64,000 nt of DNA from Macrostomum lignano (taxonomy: Eukaryota), in contig NIVC01003129.1 in the NCBI GenBank assembly GCA_002269645.1, positions 10,390 through 74,389 of the forward strand. The letters are read 5' to 3'. The notes beneath the pieces are model-generated. The model saw nothing but the letters and a program-made list of their open reading frames with translations, did not search any database and was not told the DNA's origin. Below, piece by piece: positions 11,620 to 23,683 of this stretch. Positions within the stretch are counted from its first letter, which is position 1; each line of letters begins with the position of its first letter. A program made the position numbers and the translations under genes.

Positions 11620-14600
11620 ATGGAAAACTATCGGCACCTGAAGAACCTGGACCAGGGCACCGCTGGCCGGGTGGCTCTGTACCTGAGGCGCCAGGCAAAC
11701 TGTTCAACTCCTGAAAAGGTTCGTCCGTGTGTCCATGCAGCTCGCGTGTGTCTATGGAGTGATTTTTGAGACTGGCTGGCGGACAGACAACAAATTAAGG
11801 GCTGTCAGTGGCCTGTAGTGGTGACCTTCACAGCTGACCATCATTAATGAGACATCACTGCGGTCTCGAGTATGTTGAGGAATCCTGATACTGTAGTCTC
11901 AGGTGTGACAGTCCTTACAATCCTAGGTGTGACAGTCCTTACAATCCCAGGTGTGACAGTCCTTACAATCTCAGGTGTGACAGTCCTTACAATCCTAGGT
12001 GTGACAGTCCTTACAATCCCAGGTGTGACAGTCCTTACAATCTCAGGTGTGACAGTCCTTACAATCCTAGGTGTGACAGTCCTTACAATCTCAGGTGTGA
12101 CAGTCCTTACAATCCTAGGTGTGACAGTCCTTACAATCTCAGGTGTGACAGTCCTTACAATCTCAGGCGTGACAGTCCTTACAATCCTAGGTGTGACAGT
12201 CCTTACAATCCTAGGTGTGACAGTCCTTACAATCTCAGGTGTGACAGTCCTTACAATCTCAGGCGTGACAGTCCTTACAATCCTAGGTGTGACAGTCCTT
12301 ACAATCTCAGGCGTGACAGTCCTTACAATCTCAGGTGTGACAGTCCTTACAATCTCAGGCGTGACAGTCCTTACAATCCTAGGTGTGACAGTCCTTACAA
12401 TCCTAGGTGTGACAGTCCTTACAATCTCAGGTGTGACAGTCCTTACAATCCTAGGTGTGACAGTCCTTACAATCCCATGTGTGACAGTCCTTACAATCTC
12501 AGGCGTGACAGTCCTTACAATCCAGGTGTGACAGTCCTTACAATCTCCGGTGTGACAGTCCTTACAATCCTAGGTGTGACAGTCCTTACAATCTCAGGTG
12601 TGACAGTCCTTACAATCTCAGGTGTGACAGTCCTTACAATCTCAGGTGTGACAGTCCTTACAATCTCAGGTGTGACAGTCCTTACAATCTCAGGCGTGAC
12701 AGTCCTTACAATCTCAGGCGTGACAGTCCTTACAATCTCATGCGTGACAGTCCTTACAATCTCAGGTGTGACAGTCCTTACAATCTCAGGCGTGACAGTC
12801 CTTTCTCAGGTGTGACAATTTTACCTTCCGATGGTCTCAGGTGTGACAATTTTACCTTCCGATGGTCTCAGGTGTGACAATTTTACCTTCCGATGGTCTC
12901 AGGTGTGACAATTTTACCTTCCGATGGTCTCAGGTGTGACAAGTTTTACCTTCCGATGGTCTCAGGTGTGACAAGTTTTACCTTCCGATGGTCTCAGGTG
13001 TGACAAGTCTACCTGTAAACCCGTTCCTCCGCCGCGTCAGTCAGTAGTGACTTTCGCAAATTCAATCACTAAGAGCAATACATGGCGGTTCATATTCGGA
13101 GACGATAGTTCACTAGCAAAGAAGTCCAACCTCCTTGTCCTCGCTGGACCTCGCCAGGTGGTGATCAAGCGAGTCGATCTGGGCGGCGCGGACCAGCTGC
13201 AGCGCGAGGCCTTCCTGAAGGAGGCCGAGATCCTGGCCGGCCTGCGGCACCCTAACATCGTCCGGCTGCTGGACAGCTTCTTGGACGAGTCCGCCGGCGG
13301 CAGGCAGCTCTGCCTGGTGATGGAGTACGCCTCAGGCGGCTCGCTCAGCAGCCTGCTTCATCAGCAGTCCGGCCTCGGCCTGTCCGAGTCTGCCGTGGCC
13401 AGATTCGCCTGCCAGCTGCTGCTGGCCCTGGAGGAGCTGCACAGCCGCCAGGTGCTGCACCGCGACCTCAAGCCGGACAACATCCTACTGGCCAGCACCG
13501 CCCGCGATGTCTGCAAGCTGGCAGACTTCGGGCTCGCTGCGCTGCGTCAGACCAGCCCTGCTAAAGGCGAGCCTGCGTCTGAGTTGTGGCGTTGGGGTTG
13601 GAATCGCCCTATCCTATCCCCAAATCGCATGAGAATCGCCTCCAACCCTCCTGAAAATCGCCCCCAACCCTCCTGAGAACCGCCCCCAACCCTCCTGAGA
13701 ATCGCCCCCAACCCTCCTGAGAATCGCCCCCAACCCTCCTGAGAATCGCCCCCAACCCTCCTGAGAATCGCCCCCAACCCTCCTGAGAATCGCCCCCAAC
13801 CCTCCTGAGAATCGCCTCCAACCCTCCTGAGAACCGCCCCCAACCCCCACCGCCAATCCCGCAGACAGCCCTGCAGGCAGCTCCGCCAGCGGGCTGGTCG
13901 GCACTCCCGCCTACCTCAGCCCGGAGGTGTTCAGCTCGGACAAGCTGGCCACAGCTGGCCGGGAGCCCAGCGACATCTGGGCGCTCGGCTGCTGCCTGTA
14001 CGAAATGTGCTGCCTGCGCAGGCCATTCGATGCGGACACCCTGCTGCTCCTGGTGGCCCAGATTGCCGCTGGCAGCTGGGCGCCCCTCGACCCGCGCAGG
14101 TGCGGCGCTGCTGGCTTGATGCGCTCTCGGGCTATGGGGTTCACAGATACCACAGCGCCATGTCGCACCTTACTAGTCACAATAGTTAGTGTCACACTAG
14201 TCAGAACTGGCACAGTGTCACACTAGTCACAATAGTTAGTGCCACACTAGTCAGAACTGGCACAGTGTCACACTAGTCACAACTGGCACAGTGTCACACT
14301 AGTCAGAACTGGCACAGTGTCACACTAGTCAGAACTGGCACAGTGTCACACTAGTCAGAACTGGCACAGTGTCACACTAGTCACAATAGTTAGTGCCACA
14401 CTAGTCAGAACTGGCACAGTGTCACACTAGTCACAATAGTTAGTGCCACACTAGTCAGAACTGGCACAGTGTCACACTAGTCACAATAGTTAGTGCCACA
14501 CTAGTCAGAACTGGCACAGTGTCACACTAGTCAGAACTGGCACAGTGTCACACTAGTCAGAACTGGCACAGTGTCACACTAGTCAGAACTGGCACAGTGT

Positions 14601-17600
14601 CACACTAGTCAGAACTGGCACAGTGTCACACTAGTCAGAACTGGCACAGTGTCACACTAGTCAGAACTGGCACAGTGTCACACTAGTCACAACTGGCACA
14701 GTGTCACACTAGTCACAACTGGCACAGTGTCACACTAGTCACAACTGGCACAGTGTCACACTAGTCACAACTGGCACAGTGTCACACTAGTCACAACTGG
14801 CACAGTGTCACACTAGTCACAACTGGCACAGTGTCACACTAGTCACAACTGGCACAGTGTCACACTAATTAGAAATTCACGTGTAGTTCTGTTTTCAATT
14901 CTCTCAGATATTCACCACTGATGTCGGACCTCATCGCCAAGATGCTGAAGGTGGACCCGCTCGAGCGGCCCTCGGCGGCGCAGCTGCTGTCGCACCCGCT
15001 CATCCTGAGCCACCTGTTCCCGTTGCTCACCGACCTCGGCTGCGTTGGCTTGAAAAAGCAGCGCACCAAGAAGTCCAGCAGGGCCAAGCTGGCCACCACG
15101 GTGAAGCGACTGCGGTGCCGGGTGAGGCCTGGTCGGGCATTTAAGATTTGTGGCGCTTTGCGCTATTTTTGGTTATTCGTTTAATAAATTGTGTATAAAG
15201 ACTAGCCTGATTTTGCAAGGTAGCATGCGGCGTAGCAGACGCTAATAACGCTTAGGGCAAAACTCAAACCCATGAGGCCCAACCCCCAAGGCACAGGGAG
15301 TGTGCAGACCTTACGATTAGAAATTATGGGCCGCTGTGTGAGCGCGTGTACATGTGCGTACCTGCGTACAGTATTGGCGCGCTTGCATGTAGCCACACAG
15401 CTGCAATAAAACAACACACAACAACACACAATACCACACCAACACAATACCACACCAACACCATAACACAACAACACAATACCACACCAACACAACACCA
15501 CAACAACGCACAATACCACAACACAATACCACACCAACACAATACCACAACAACGCACAATACCACAACAACACAATACCACACCAACACAATACCACAA
15601 CAACGCACAATACCACAACAACACAATACCACAACAACACAATACCACAACAACACAATACCACAACAACGCACAATACCACAACACAATACCACACCAA
15701 CACAATACCACACCAACACCATAACACAACAACACAATACCACACCAACACAACACCACAACAACGCACAATACCACAACACAATACCACACCAACACAA
15801 TACCACAACAACGCACAATACCACAACAACACAATACCACACCAACACAATACCACAACAACGCACAATACCACAACAACACAATACCACAACAACACAA
15901 TACCACAACAACACAATACCACAACAACGCACAATACCACAACACAATACCACAACAACGCACAATACCACAACACAATGCCACACCAACACAATACCAC
16001 AACAACACAATACCACAACAACACAATACCACAACAACGCACAATACCACAACACAATACCACACCAACACAATACCACAACAACGCACAATACCACAAC
16101 ACAATGTCACACCAACACAATACCACAACAACACAATACCACAACAACACAATACCAAACCAACACAATAACACACCAGCACAATACCACGAAGTAAGAC
16201 CTCGCCGCCGACTGAATCCGGGGTGCCAACGTCAGCCAGCAGGCAGTCGCCGAGTGCGCGCCTGTTGCCGCCAGTAGGGTGCCTGCAGCAGCACCTCCTG
16301 CACCTGCCTCTGCTGTGAGCAGTGCGTCTCGGCGCTAATGATGTGACCTCACACCTGGTTAATTTCAGTAGTAACCGATGCGCATATCTGCTTCCCCCCC
16401 CCCCCAGGAGAGCGGCAACAGGTCTTTGTACCTGTTCACCGCCGGGCCGGACCAAGACTCCCACCGGTTGTCGGAGATCGCCTACGATCTGCCGCACGAG
16501 GATCTGCGATGCGCGAAACTCTTCAGCGGCGACTGCCTGATCGGCCTGACCAAGCGCGACCGGCTGGTGCGCTGGGACCGGCCTGGCGGGGAGCTTGGCC
16601 AGCCTCCCTGCAGCTGGTTTATGTCGGACATTGTCGGCCTGGATAATTTCAGGGTTGTCCAGCTGGACTGCGGGGACCGCTTCGCTGCCTGCCTGACCGA
16701 TGCAGGCGTTGTGCTCACCTTCGGCTGCGGCAGGGATGGCGCTCTGGGTGAGCAGCTCTGGGCTGACCCAGTGCGGGACTCTGGGCTGACCCAGTGCGGG
16801 ACTCTGGGCTGACCCAGTGCGGTACTCTGGGCTGACCCAGTGCGGGACTCTGGGCTGACCCAGTGCGGGACTCTGGGCTGACCCAGTGCGGGACTCTGGG
16901 CTGACCCAGTGCTGGACTCTGGGCTGACCCAGTGCGGGACTCTGGGCTGACCCAGTGCTGGACTCTGGGCTGACCCAGTGCGGGACTCTGGGCTGACCCA
17001 GTGCGGGACTCTGAGCTGACCCAGTGCGGGACTCCAGGTTCCTGGCGATCCTGAGATCCTGAAGATCCTAGTTTTTTCAGACAAGCAGATTTGAAACCCC
17101 AACCTCTCTCTCAGGCCACGGCGACGTCGCCGACCTCGAGCGACCCCGCGTTGTCGGCTCGCTCGCGCAGATCTCGGTGACTTCAGTCGCCTGCGGCCGC
17201 CGTTTCGCCGCCTGCGTCGCCTCCTCCGGTGAGGTGTTCGCCTGGGGCTGCCTGCCCGCAGCCGAGGCTGGCGCCGAAGTGTCGGCAACGTTCCCGACGC
17301 TGCTGCCGATGCCGTCTGGCCGGTGCCGAGCCCTGTCCGTCTTCGCCGGGCCTGAGGCGCTGCTGGTCGCGGCCGAGACCGAGGGCTTGCAGGCCGCTCT
17401 GCTGGGGACCGGCTGGAACCGGTTCGGCCGCCTGGGCCTACCGGAGTCCGCCAGGCCGCTGCTGCCGCAGCTGGAGCTCCTGCCGGTGCCGCTCGAGCAG
17501 CCGGAGGAGTCGGTGGCCGCGGCCTCCATCGCTGGCAATCGCTGCCTGCTGCTGCTGACCAGCGGCCGCCTCCTGGCTGCCGGCCGCGGCTGCGCTGCCG

Positions 17601-17878
17601 GCTTCGGTCCGCTGCGGCTGCCGAATTCCTCGCTGGCAGTCGGCGGCGTCTGCGCTGGCAGCGGCTGGGCGCTGGTGGCGACGAAGGCCGAGGCGGCAGA
17701 CGATGATGGCGGTCGGTACGGCGAGCTGCTGACGCTGCTGCTGGAGGAGGCCGGTGGCGGCGACGGGGAGCTGCGGCCGCTGCTGGCCAACTGCCGGGTG
17801 CGCAGCCTCGCCGCTGATGCCGCCGGGGCTCGGGCGGCGATTCTGTGCCGCCGCTGCAGGGACGCCGGAGGCGACTGA
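11620..17878 (+). CDS. NEK8: NEK8/NEK9-like Ser/Thr kinase with RCC1 repeats; exons 11620-11718, 13158-13566, 13877-14099, 14908-15121, (possible ~16240-16313), 16408-16747, 17115-17878
   Basis: MENYRHLKNLDQGTAG, VVIK, HRDLKPDN, DFG, GTPAYLSPE, SDIWALGC, RYSPLM; RCC1 motifs VVQLDCGDRFAACLTDAGVVLTFGCGRDGALGHGD and VTSVACGRRFAACV. NEK8 vs NEK9 not resolved. Confidence 0.85.
11895..13012. repeat. Two adjacent minisatellites (24-bp AGGTGTGACAGTCCTTACAATCTC, then ~31-bp related unit) in NEK intron 1
   Basis: Direct tandem repetition. Confidence 0.95.
13625..13850. repeat. Minisatellite, 22-bp unit (CCCCCAACCCTCCTGAGAATCG)
   Basis: Direct reading. Confidence 0.93.
14170..14868. repeat. Minisatellite, 26-bp unit (ACTAGTCAGAACTGGCACAGTGTCAC) with internal palindromes
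   Basis: Direct reading; contains ACTAGT and AGTGT-C-ACACT. Confidence 0.93.
15410..16190. repeat. AC-rich degenerate tandem repeat (CACAATACCACAACAA-like)
   Basis: Direct reading. Confidence 0.93.
16757..17035. repeat. Minisatellite, 23-bp unit (GACTCTGGGCTGACCCAGTGCGG)
   Basis: Direct reading. Confidence 0.93.
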
Positions 17879-17911
17879 AGCTGCGGAAAGGCAGCAAAAA
17901 ATCCTATACGT

Positions 17912-18460
17912 ACCCTCTCCCTCTCTCCCTCTTCTCTCCCTCTCCCTCCCCCTCTCCTCTCTCCCTCTCCTCTCCCTCTCCCTCCCCCTCTCCTCTCTCC
18001 CTCTCCTCTCTCCCTCTCCTCTCCCTCTCCCTCTCCTCTCTCCCTCTCTCTCTCCCTCTCCTCTCTCCCTCTCCTCTCTTCCTCTCCTCTCCCTCTCCTC
18101 TCTCCCTCTCCCTCTCTCCATCTCTCTCCCTCTCCTCTCCCTCTCCTTCTCCCTCTCCTCTCCCTCTCCCTCCCCCTCTCCTCTCTCCCTCTCTCTCCCT
18201 CTCTCTCTCCCTCTCCTCTCTCCCTCTCTCTCCCTCTCCTCTCCCTCTCTCTCCCTCCCTCTCCCCCTCTCCTCTCTCCCTCTCTCTCCCTCTCTCTCCC
18301 TCTCCTCTCTCCCTCTCTCTCCCTCTCCTCTCCCTCTCTCTCCCTCCTCTCTCCCTCTCCCTCTCTCCATCTCTCTCCCTCTCCTCTCTCCGTCTCCTCT
18401 CTCCCTTTCCTCGCTCCCTCTTCTCTCCATCTCTCTCCCTCTCTACCTCCTTTCTCCGCA
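17912..18460. repeat. Polypyrimidine (CT-rich) low-complexity tract
   Basis: Direct reading. Confidence 0.95.
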
Positions 18461-19129
18461 CCAGCTCCCATCTCGCCTCAAATAATCTGTATTTGGACTT
18501 TTTATACTCTATGCGCTCCCAATAGGCATTTTCTGTATAAAGCAAACATTTTATAAACATATTGAAACTTGGTCCAGAATCTCTTTTGACTTTCCAACTG
18601 ACTTGTGTAGCTGGTTGATTAGAGCAATTATCTTCGTTGCTTTTTGGCATCTTATTTAATTGAAGTTGCATATAAATGAGAGCTAGAGGGGTTTGATGGT
18701 GAACTCTGCACAGATTTGCACTAACTTGCACCCGCCCTGCACCGCTGTGCTCGCTGGGCGAAATCTTTTGTTTTGAGATGCGGTATCCATGACACTCCAG
18801 AGGTGTGAAGGCTACTGCTGTGAGGGCGAGGAGGGTGGGGGCTGCCCCGTGAGACCCGGCGGCGAGGAGAGCGCCAGAGCTGCGCTGGACAGGCGCAACG
18901 CAGCTTTTATTGAGCAGAGTTTCTGAGAATTCTCTATCCAACCCTCCATGAGAAAGGAATGAAATTTAATTTTGAGCGAAGGCTGCCTGCCTTGGACAGC
19001 TAGACGCGAGAAGGCTTACTGGGGCCCTGAGGCCAGGGAGTTCTTAGTTTTTTGTTTTTTTAGTCTGTGTGTGACTACCTAGATAGATAGTCACACACAA
19101 ACAAACCTTTTTTAGTATATGGATCTTTC

Positions 19130-19368
19130 GCATCTCCGACACCTCATATCTCCGACACTCCATATCTCCGACACCTCATATCTCCGACACTCCATATCTC
19201 CGACAGCTCATATCTCCGACATCTCATATCCCCAACACCTCATATCTCCGACACCTCATATTTCCGACACTTCATATTTCCGACACTTCATATCTCCGAC
19301 ACCTCATATTTCCGACACTTCATATCTCCGACACCTCGTATCTCCGACACTTCCTATCCCCGACACTC
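19130..19368. repeat. Minisatellite, ~16-bp unit (CATATCTCCGACACCT)
   Basis: Direct reading. Confidence 0.9.
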
Positions 19369-19807
19369 TCCGTTAGGCTTAGGCTTAGGGTTAAGTCGGA
19401 GATATGACAGCACCCCTCCACTCCAGATGTCTGGATTGAGTTGTCCTTGCTCAGAGCGAAGGAGGCCGGCCAACCCCTCATCTTCTCAAAGTCTAAAAAT
19501 GCAATAAATTTTTTTCTAAAACTTGTTTAAGCATCAAGCGGCCTCTTTTGCCCCCGCTATGCGAAGAGAAGGCAGAAAGACAAATTTCATGGCAGCTGCC
19601 AGCGGTGCATTGTTCTGCCGGGCTCAGAGCTCTACTTAAGCTGGGCACTCGCCAGTTAGCTTGTCCCCATTCGGCAGATGCTTCATCATGATTCGCACTA
19701 CGGCAGGCAGCAATCTCGGAGGCAAAGGCGCTGGGTAAGGAATTGATCGGACTCGATGTACTTTTAATTGCTACACGTACTGACCAAAGTTTCGGCAAAA
19801 CTTCCGT

Positions 19808-20133
19808 TGAGTGGATTATTCTCCGAATTTTTTTCTATGGCAAACCGTTGAGTGGATTTGTCTCCGAATTTTTGTCTATGGCAAACCGTTGAGTGGATTT
19901 GTCTCCGAATTTTTGTCTATGGCAAACCGTTGAGTGGATTTGTCTCCGAATTTTTGTCTATGGCAAACCGTTGAGTGGATTTGTCTCCGAATTTTTGTCT
20001 ATGGCAAACCGTTGAGTGGATTTGTCTCCGAATTTTTGTCTATGGCAAACCGTTGAGTGGATTTGTCTCCGAATTTTTGTCTATGGCAAACCGTTGAGTG
20101 GATTTGTCTCCGAATTTTTGTCTATGGCAAACC
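19808..20133. repeat. Minisatellite, 41-bp unit (GTTGAGTGGATTTGTCTCCGAATTTTTGTCTATGGCAAACC)
   Basis: About 8 near-identical copies. Confidence 0.95.
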
Positions 20134-20347
20134 GCATTCAACGCTGTACAAAACATCAAATCTTGCTAAACTGTCTGGATGAAATATCTTTTACCCCGCA
20201 CTGCACAGCTTCGATGCCGCCCCCCTGGCGCTGTGGACAACCCGGCAGCCCGGCGGAACCGGCCAGCAGCCGGCCCTCAACAGCAACTTCATCAGCAGCC
20301 GCAGCGGCCCGGCAGCGGCCAGCGGCCAGTTCCACCTGCCATTTCCA

Positions 20348-21040
20348 ATGGCCGGTCGCCTACCGCACCGGCACAGACGCGGCGGCGGCCCGCCCGCTGG
20401 CAGGACGGTCGGAGAGCGGCAAGTCGAAGTGCTGACTCGGTTGCCCAGCCTGTACAGCAAGATCCACAGCAATGTGCTGCAGCAGCAGCAGCAACAGCAA
20501 AAGCAGCAACCCGAGCCGCTGCCTTTGCTTCACGGCAGCAAGCGGATGAAGAAGCAGATCCAGCAGCAGCAGCAACAGCAAAAGCAGAAAACTCCCACTG
20601 CACTGGACGCTGAGCCTGGCACTGCTGAGCCCGCATCCGAACCGTCAGACGCTCCGAGGTCCCGGTTTCGAATCTCAGTTGCTGACCAAGTGCCGCAGGA
20701 GCAGCGGTCCGTCGAGTCGCAGAAGCAGCAAAAGCAAAAGCAAAAGCAGCAGCAGCAGCAGCCCAGAAGCGTTCCCATGGCCTACTTCAGCCGCGGCTCC
20801 GCCAGCCTACACTCGACCTGCTGCGACGACGTCGACACTCGCAGCTGCGACCGGCGCCACCCGGACCAGACGGTGGCCTACAGCCGGGCCGCGGTGTACA
20901 TTCGCGACAACGAGCTGATGCCTGCCGCCAAGGCCCGCCTTATCTGGCGCTGGATGGACGAGCTGGAGCACGCGACACCCTCGGCCAGCCGCCTATTCGT
21001 GTACGACCCCGGCAGCCGCTGGTTCAGCATGGCCGCCTAG
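20348..21040 (+). CDS. Orphan Gln-rich protein, 5' structure uncertain
   Basis: 230-aa GC-rich ORF with polyQ tracts and a complex C-terminus (YSRAAVYIRDNELMPAAKARLIWRWMDELEH). An upstream exon from ~20209 and a short intron 20408-20448 are possible. Confidence 0.5.
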   Translation: MAGRLPHRHRRGGGPPAGRTVGERQVEVLTRLPSLYSKIHSNVLQQQQQQQKQQPEPLPLLHGSKRMKKQIQQQQQQQKQKTPTALDAEPGTAEPASEPSDAPRSRFRISVADQVPQEQRSVESQKQQKQKQKQQQQQPRSVPMAYFSRGSASLHSTCCDDVDTRSCDRRHPDQTVAYSRAAVYIRDNELMPAAKARLIWRWMDELEHATPSASRLFVYDPGSRWFSMAA

Positions 21041-21113
21041 GGGCGCTTCGGCCCCCGTCAGGGCTGCTTTGCCTCCGTTTGTTAAACTGATTGCTCAGCT
21101 GGGGCTTCGGAAT

Positions 21114-21114
<1 letters not shown>

Positions 21115-21144
<30 letters not shown>

Positions 21145-21166
21145 GTCTGTCTGTCTGTCTGTCTGC

Positions 21167-21210
<44 letters not shown>

Positions 21211-21235
21211 GTCTGTCTGTCTGTCTGTCTGTCTG

Positions 21236-21286
<51 letters not shown>

Positions 21287-21347
21287 GTGTGTGACTCTGT
21301 CTGCCTGCCTGCCTGCCTGCCTGCCTGTCTGTCTGTCTGTCTGTCTA

Positions 21348-21408
<61 letters not shown>

Positions 21409-21417
21409 GTCTGTCTG

Positions 21418-21454
<37 letters not shown>

Positions 21455-21457
21455 TAG

Positions 21458-21504
<47 letters not shown>

Positions 21505-21517
21505 ATGTCTGTCTTAG

Positions 21518-21548
<31 letters not shown>

Positions 21549-21567
21549 GTGTGTGTGAGTCTGTCTA

Positions 21568-21602
<35 letters not shown>

Positions 21603-21692
21603 GTCTGTCTGTCTGTCTGTCTGTCTGTGTGTGTGTGTCTGTCTGCCTGCCTGTCTGCCTGCCTGTCTGTCTGTCTGTCTGCCTGCCTGCCT
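21115..21692. repeat. (CTGT)n microsatellite
   Basis: Direct reading. Confidence 0.97.
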
Positions 21693-22128
21693 ATACAGCC
21701 ACTGGAGGCCATTCAGTTAAGCCCCTCCCTTCTCAGTGCATTTCGCATCTGCAGCATTGAAAATGACTGCTAAATATACAATGTTGCTGTTCTGCTTGAC
21801 CGTCTGTTAGATTTTTGTTACCTGCTGAAAGGACCGCTTGCCAAGTAAAATAAATATTCGAGCTAGAATGTCCTCAGAGCGGACTGCAGCAGTTTTTGCT
21901 GGGCACAGAGTGACAGCGGGGTAAATTGATAGTAGTATAAAAGGCAAAGTGAATTTTCGCTTTGAATTTTTAATTCTCGATGCCCAATTAACATTCTGCA
22001 TTCTGTATTTACCGCCAGCGCAAGTAATGCATTTTATCTAGAAGCATTTGAAGATGTGTAGCGATCAGCTAATTTTATCCAGCAAGTCCAGGTCGGGCCA
22101 GGAGACACAGGCGACCCGGTGGCCTCAG

Positions 22129-22953
22129 TCAGCCTTGCTGGCCGGGTGCGTCTCGCCTTTTGTCACCGTCTTCGTTCAGGGTCCGGCGCAGAAATGCGAA
22201 CAGCGGTGTGTAAACTCGCTTGACGGCTGCCCTGTCTGGGAGGGCATTGCGGGTATCATTGTTAGACACAGGTATCATTGTTGGACACAGTATCATTGTT
22301 GGACACGGGTATCATTGTTGGACACAGGCATCATTGTTGGATACTGGCATCATTGTTGGACACAGGTATCATTGTTAGACACAGGCATCATTGTTGGACA
22401 CAGGTATCATTGTTAGAAACGGGCATCATTACTGCTGTTATAGACACTGGCATCATTGTTAGACACTGGCATCATTACTGCTGTTAGACACTGGCATCAT
22501 TGTTAGACACTGGCATCATTACTGCTGTTAGACACTGGCATCATTGTTAGACACTGGCATCATTACTGCTGTTAGACGCTGGCATCATTGTTAGACACTG
22601 GCATCATTACTGCTGTTAGACACTGGCATCATTACTGCTGTTAGACACTGGCATCATTACTGCTGTTAAACACTGGCATCATTGTTAGACACTGGCATCA
22701 TTACTGCTGTTAAACACTGGCATCATTACTGCTGTTAGACACTGGCATCATTACTGCTGTTAAACACTGGCATCATTACTGCTGTTAAACACTATCATCC
22801 TGCAATACCTTCAGCAGCGGCGGGTGGCTCCATGGCGTCCTGCATGCCGCTGAGGGGGCGGTCCTCGTGCACCTCAGCGACAGTGTGTCGGTCGTCGCCA
22901 ACCATGCTGCTGACCAGGAGCACCGCGGCAGTCAGTGCGAAACAGCTCGGCAT
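22129..22953 (-). CDS. Candidate neuropeptide/prohormone precursor (83 aa); exons 22953-22809 and 22235-22129
   Basis: Spliced (GAA G|GTATTG ... ccctcccag|AC): MPSCFALTAAVLLVSSMVGDDRHTVAEVHEDRPLSGMQDAMEPPAAAEDRAAVKRVYTPLFAFLRRTLNEDGDKRRDAPGQQG*. Hydrophobic N-terminus plus KR/RR/KRR sites. Confidence 0.6.
22252..22795. repeat. Minisatellite (19/25-bp ACACTGGCATCATT(ACTGCT)GTTAG) filling the precursor intron
   Basis: Direct reading. Confidence 0.93.
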
Positions 22954-23683
22954 CTTGGGACTGATCAGTGATGGGGCAGCCGGTGGGTTCGAATCGGTCT
23001 TGCGGTGAGTCTGCGCTGCTCACCTGCTCGGCTTGGCCTTAAATTCTTCATCTCAAAGAAAGGGATTAAACCGCGCTTCGCCGCAGTCTAAGTGGCTCAG
23101 ACTGAGGAACCGAAATTCCCGAAGGAGCTGCCGCTGTCCGGGGGTGTCCGCGCTGCCCGGCCATCCTTGCCTCGGGTTTCCATGAAATGTTTTTGACGAG
23201 ATTTTTTTTCAACTTGTAAATAACATTTTCTAAAAACATCAATTTGAAGGATTTTAGCGGCTTCTAACGGGGAGGCCGGCTGATGGATCCTGTTTCACTG
23301 CCGCGCCGAAATCTTAAGCCCCATGCTTTGTTCGAGCAGTTTCAGAGTGTTGCCAGGCCGTTTGGGTAATTTCTTTGCCCAGGTGGCGAAGTAAAAACAT
23401 TTGCTGCTCAAGAAAGACGGACAGACAGTAACTTCGTTTTCTGGGAGCTAATTCTTTCTCGCGCAGAGATCCGAACCCATCATGTTTTGGTAGCGCCAGG
23501 GAATCGAACTCACGTTACCGCTGCATCCTAATTAATAATAATTAATACTATATATATAGCATATAGTAGAGGCTAGCAGGGAAAGCCGTGGAATTTCCAT
23601 GGAGCCTACTGAGAGTGCATAGATTGTGTTTACAGGTGGTGGGACTGCCGTAGGTGAATCCGCCGGAATTCCATATGGGTCGC

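Noticed and set aside
11872-12815. GVTVLTIS-repeat ORFs resembling a repeat protein
   Set aside because: A 24-bp intronic minisatellite between two splice-compatible NEK exons.
15202-16197. C/V-rich and T/H/N-rich ORFs
   Set aside because: AC-rich intronic repeat.
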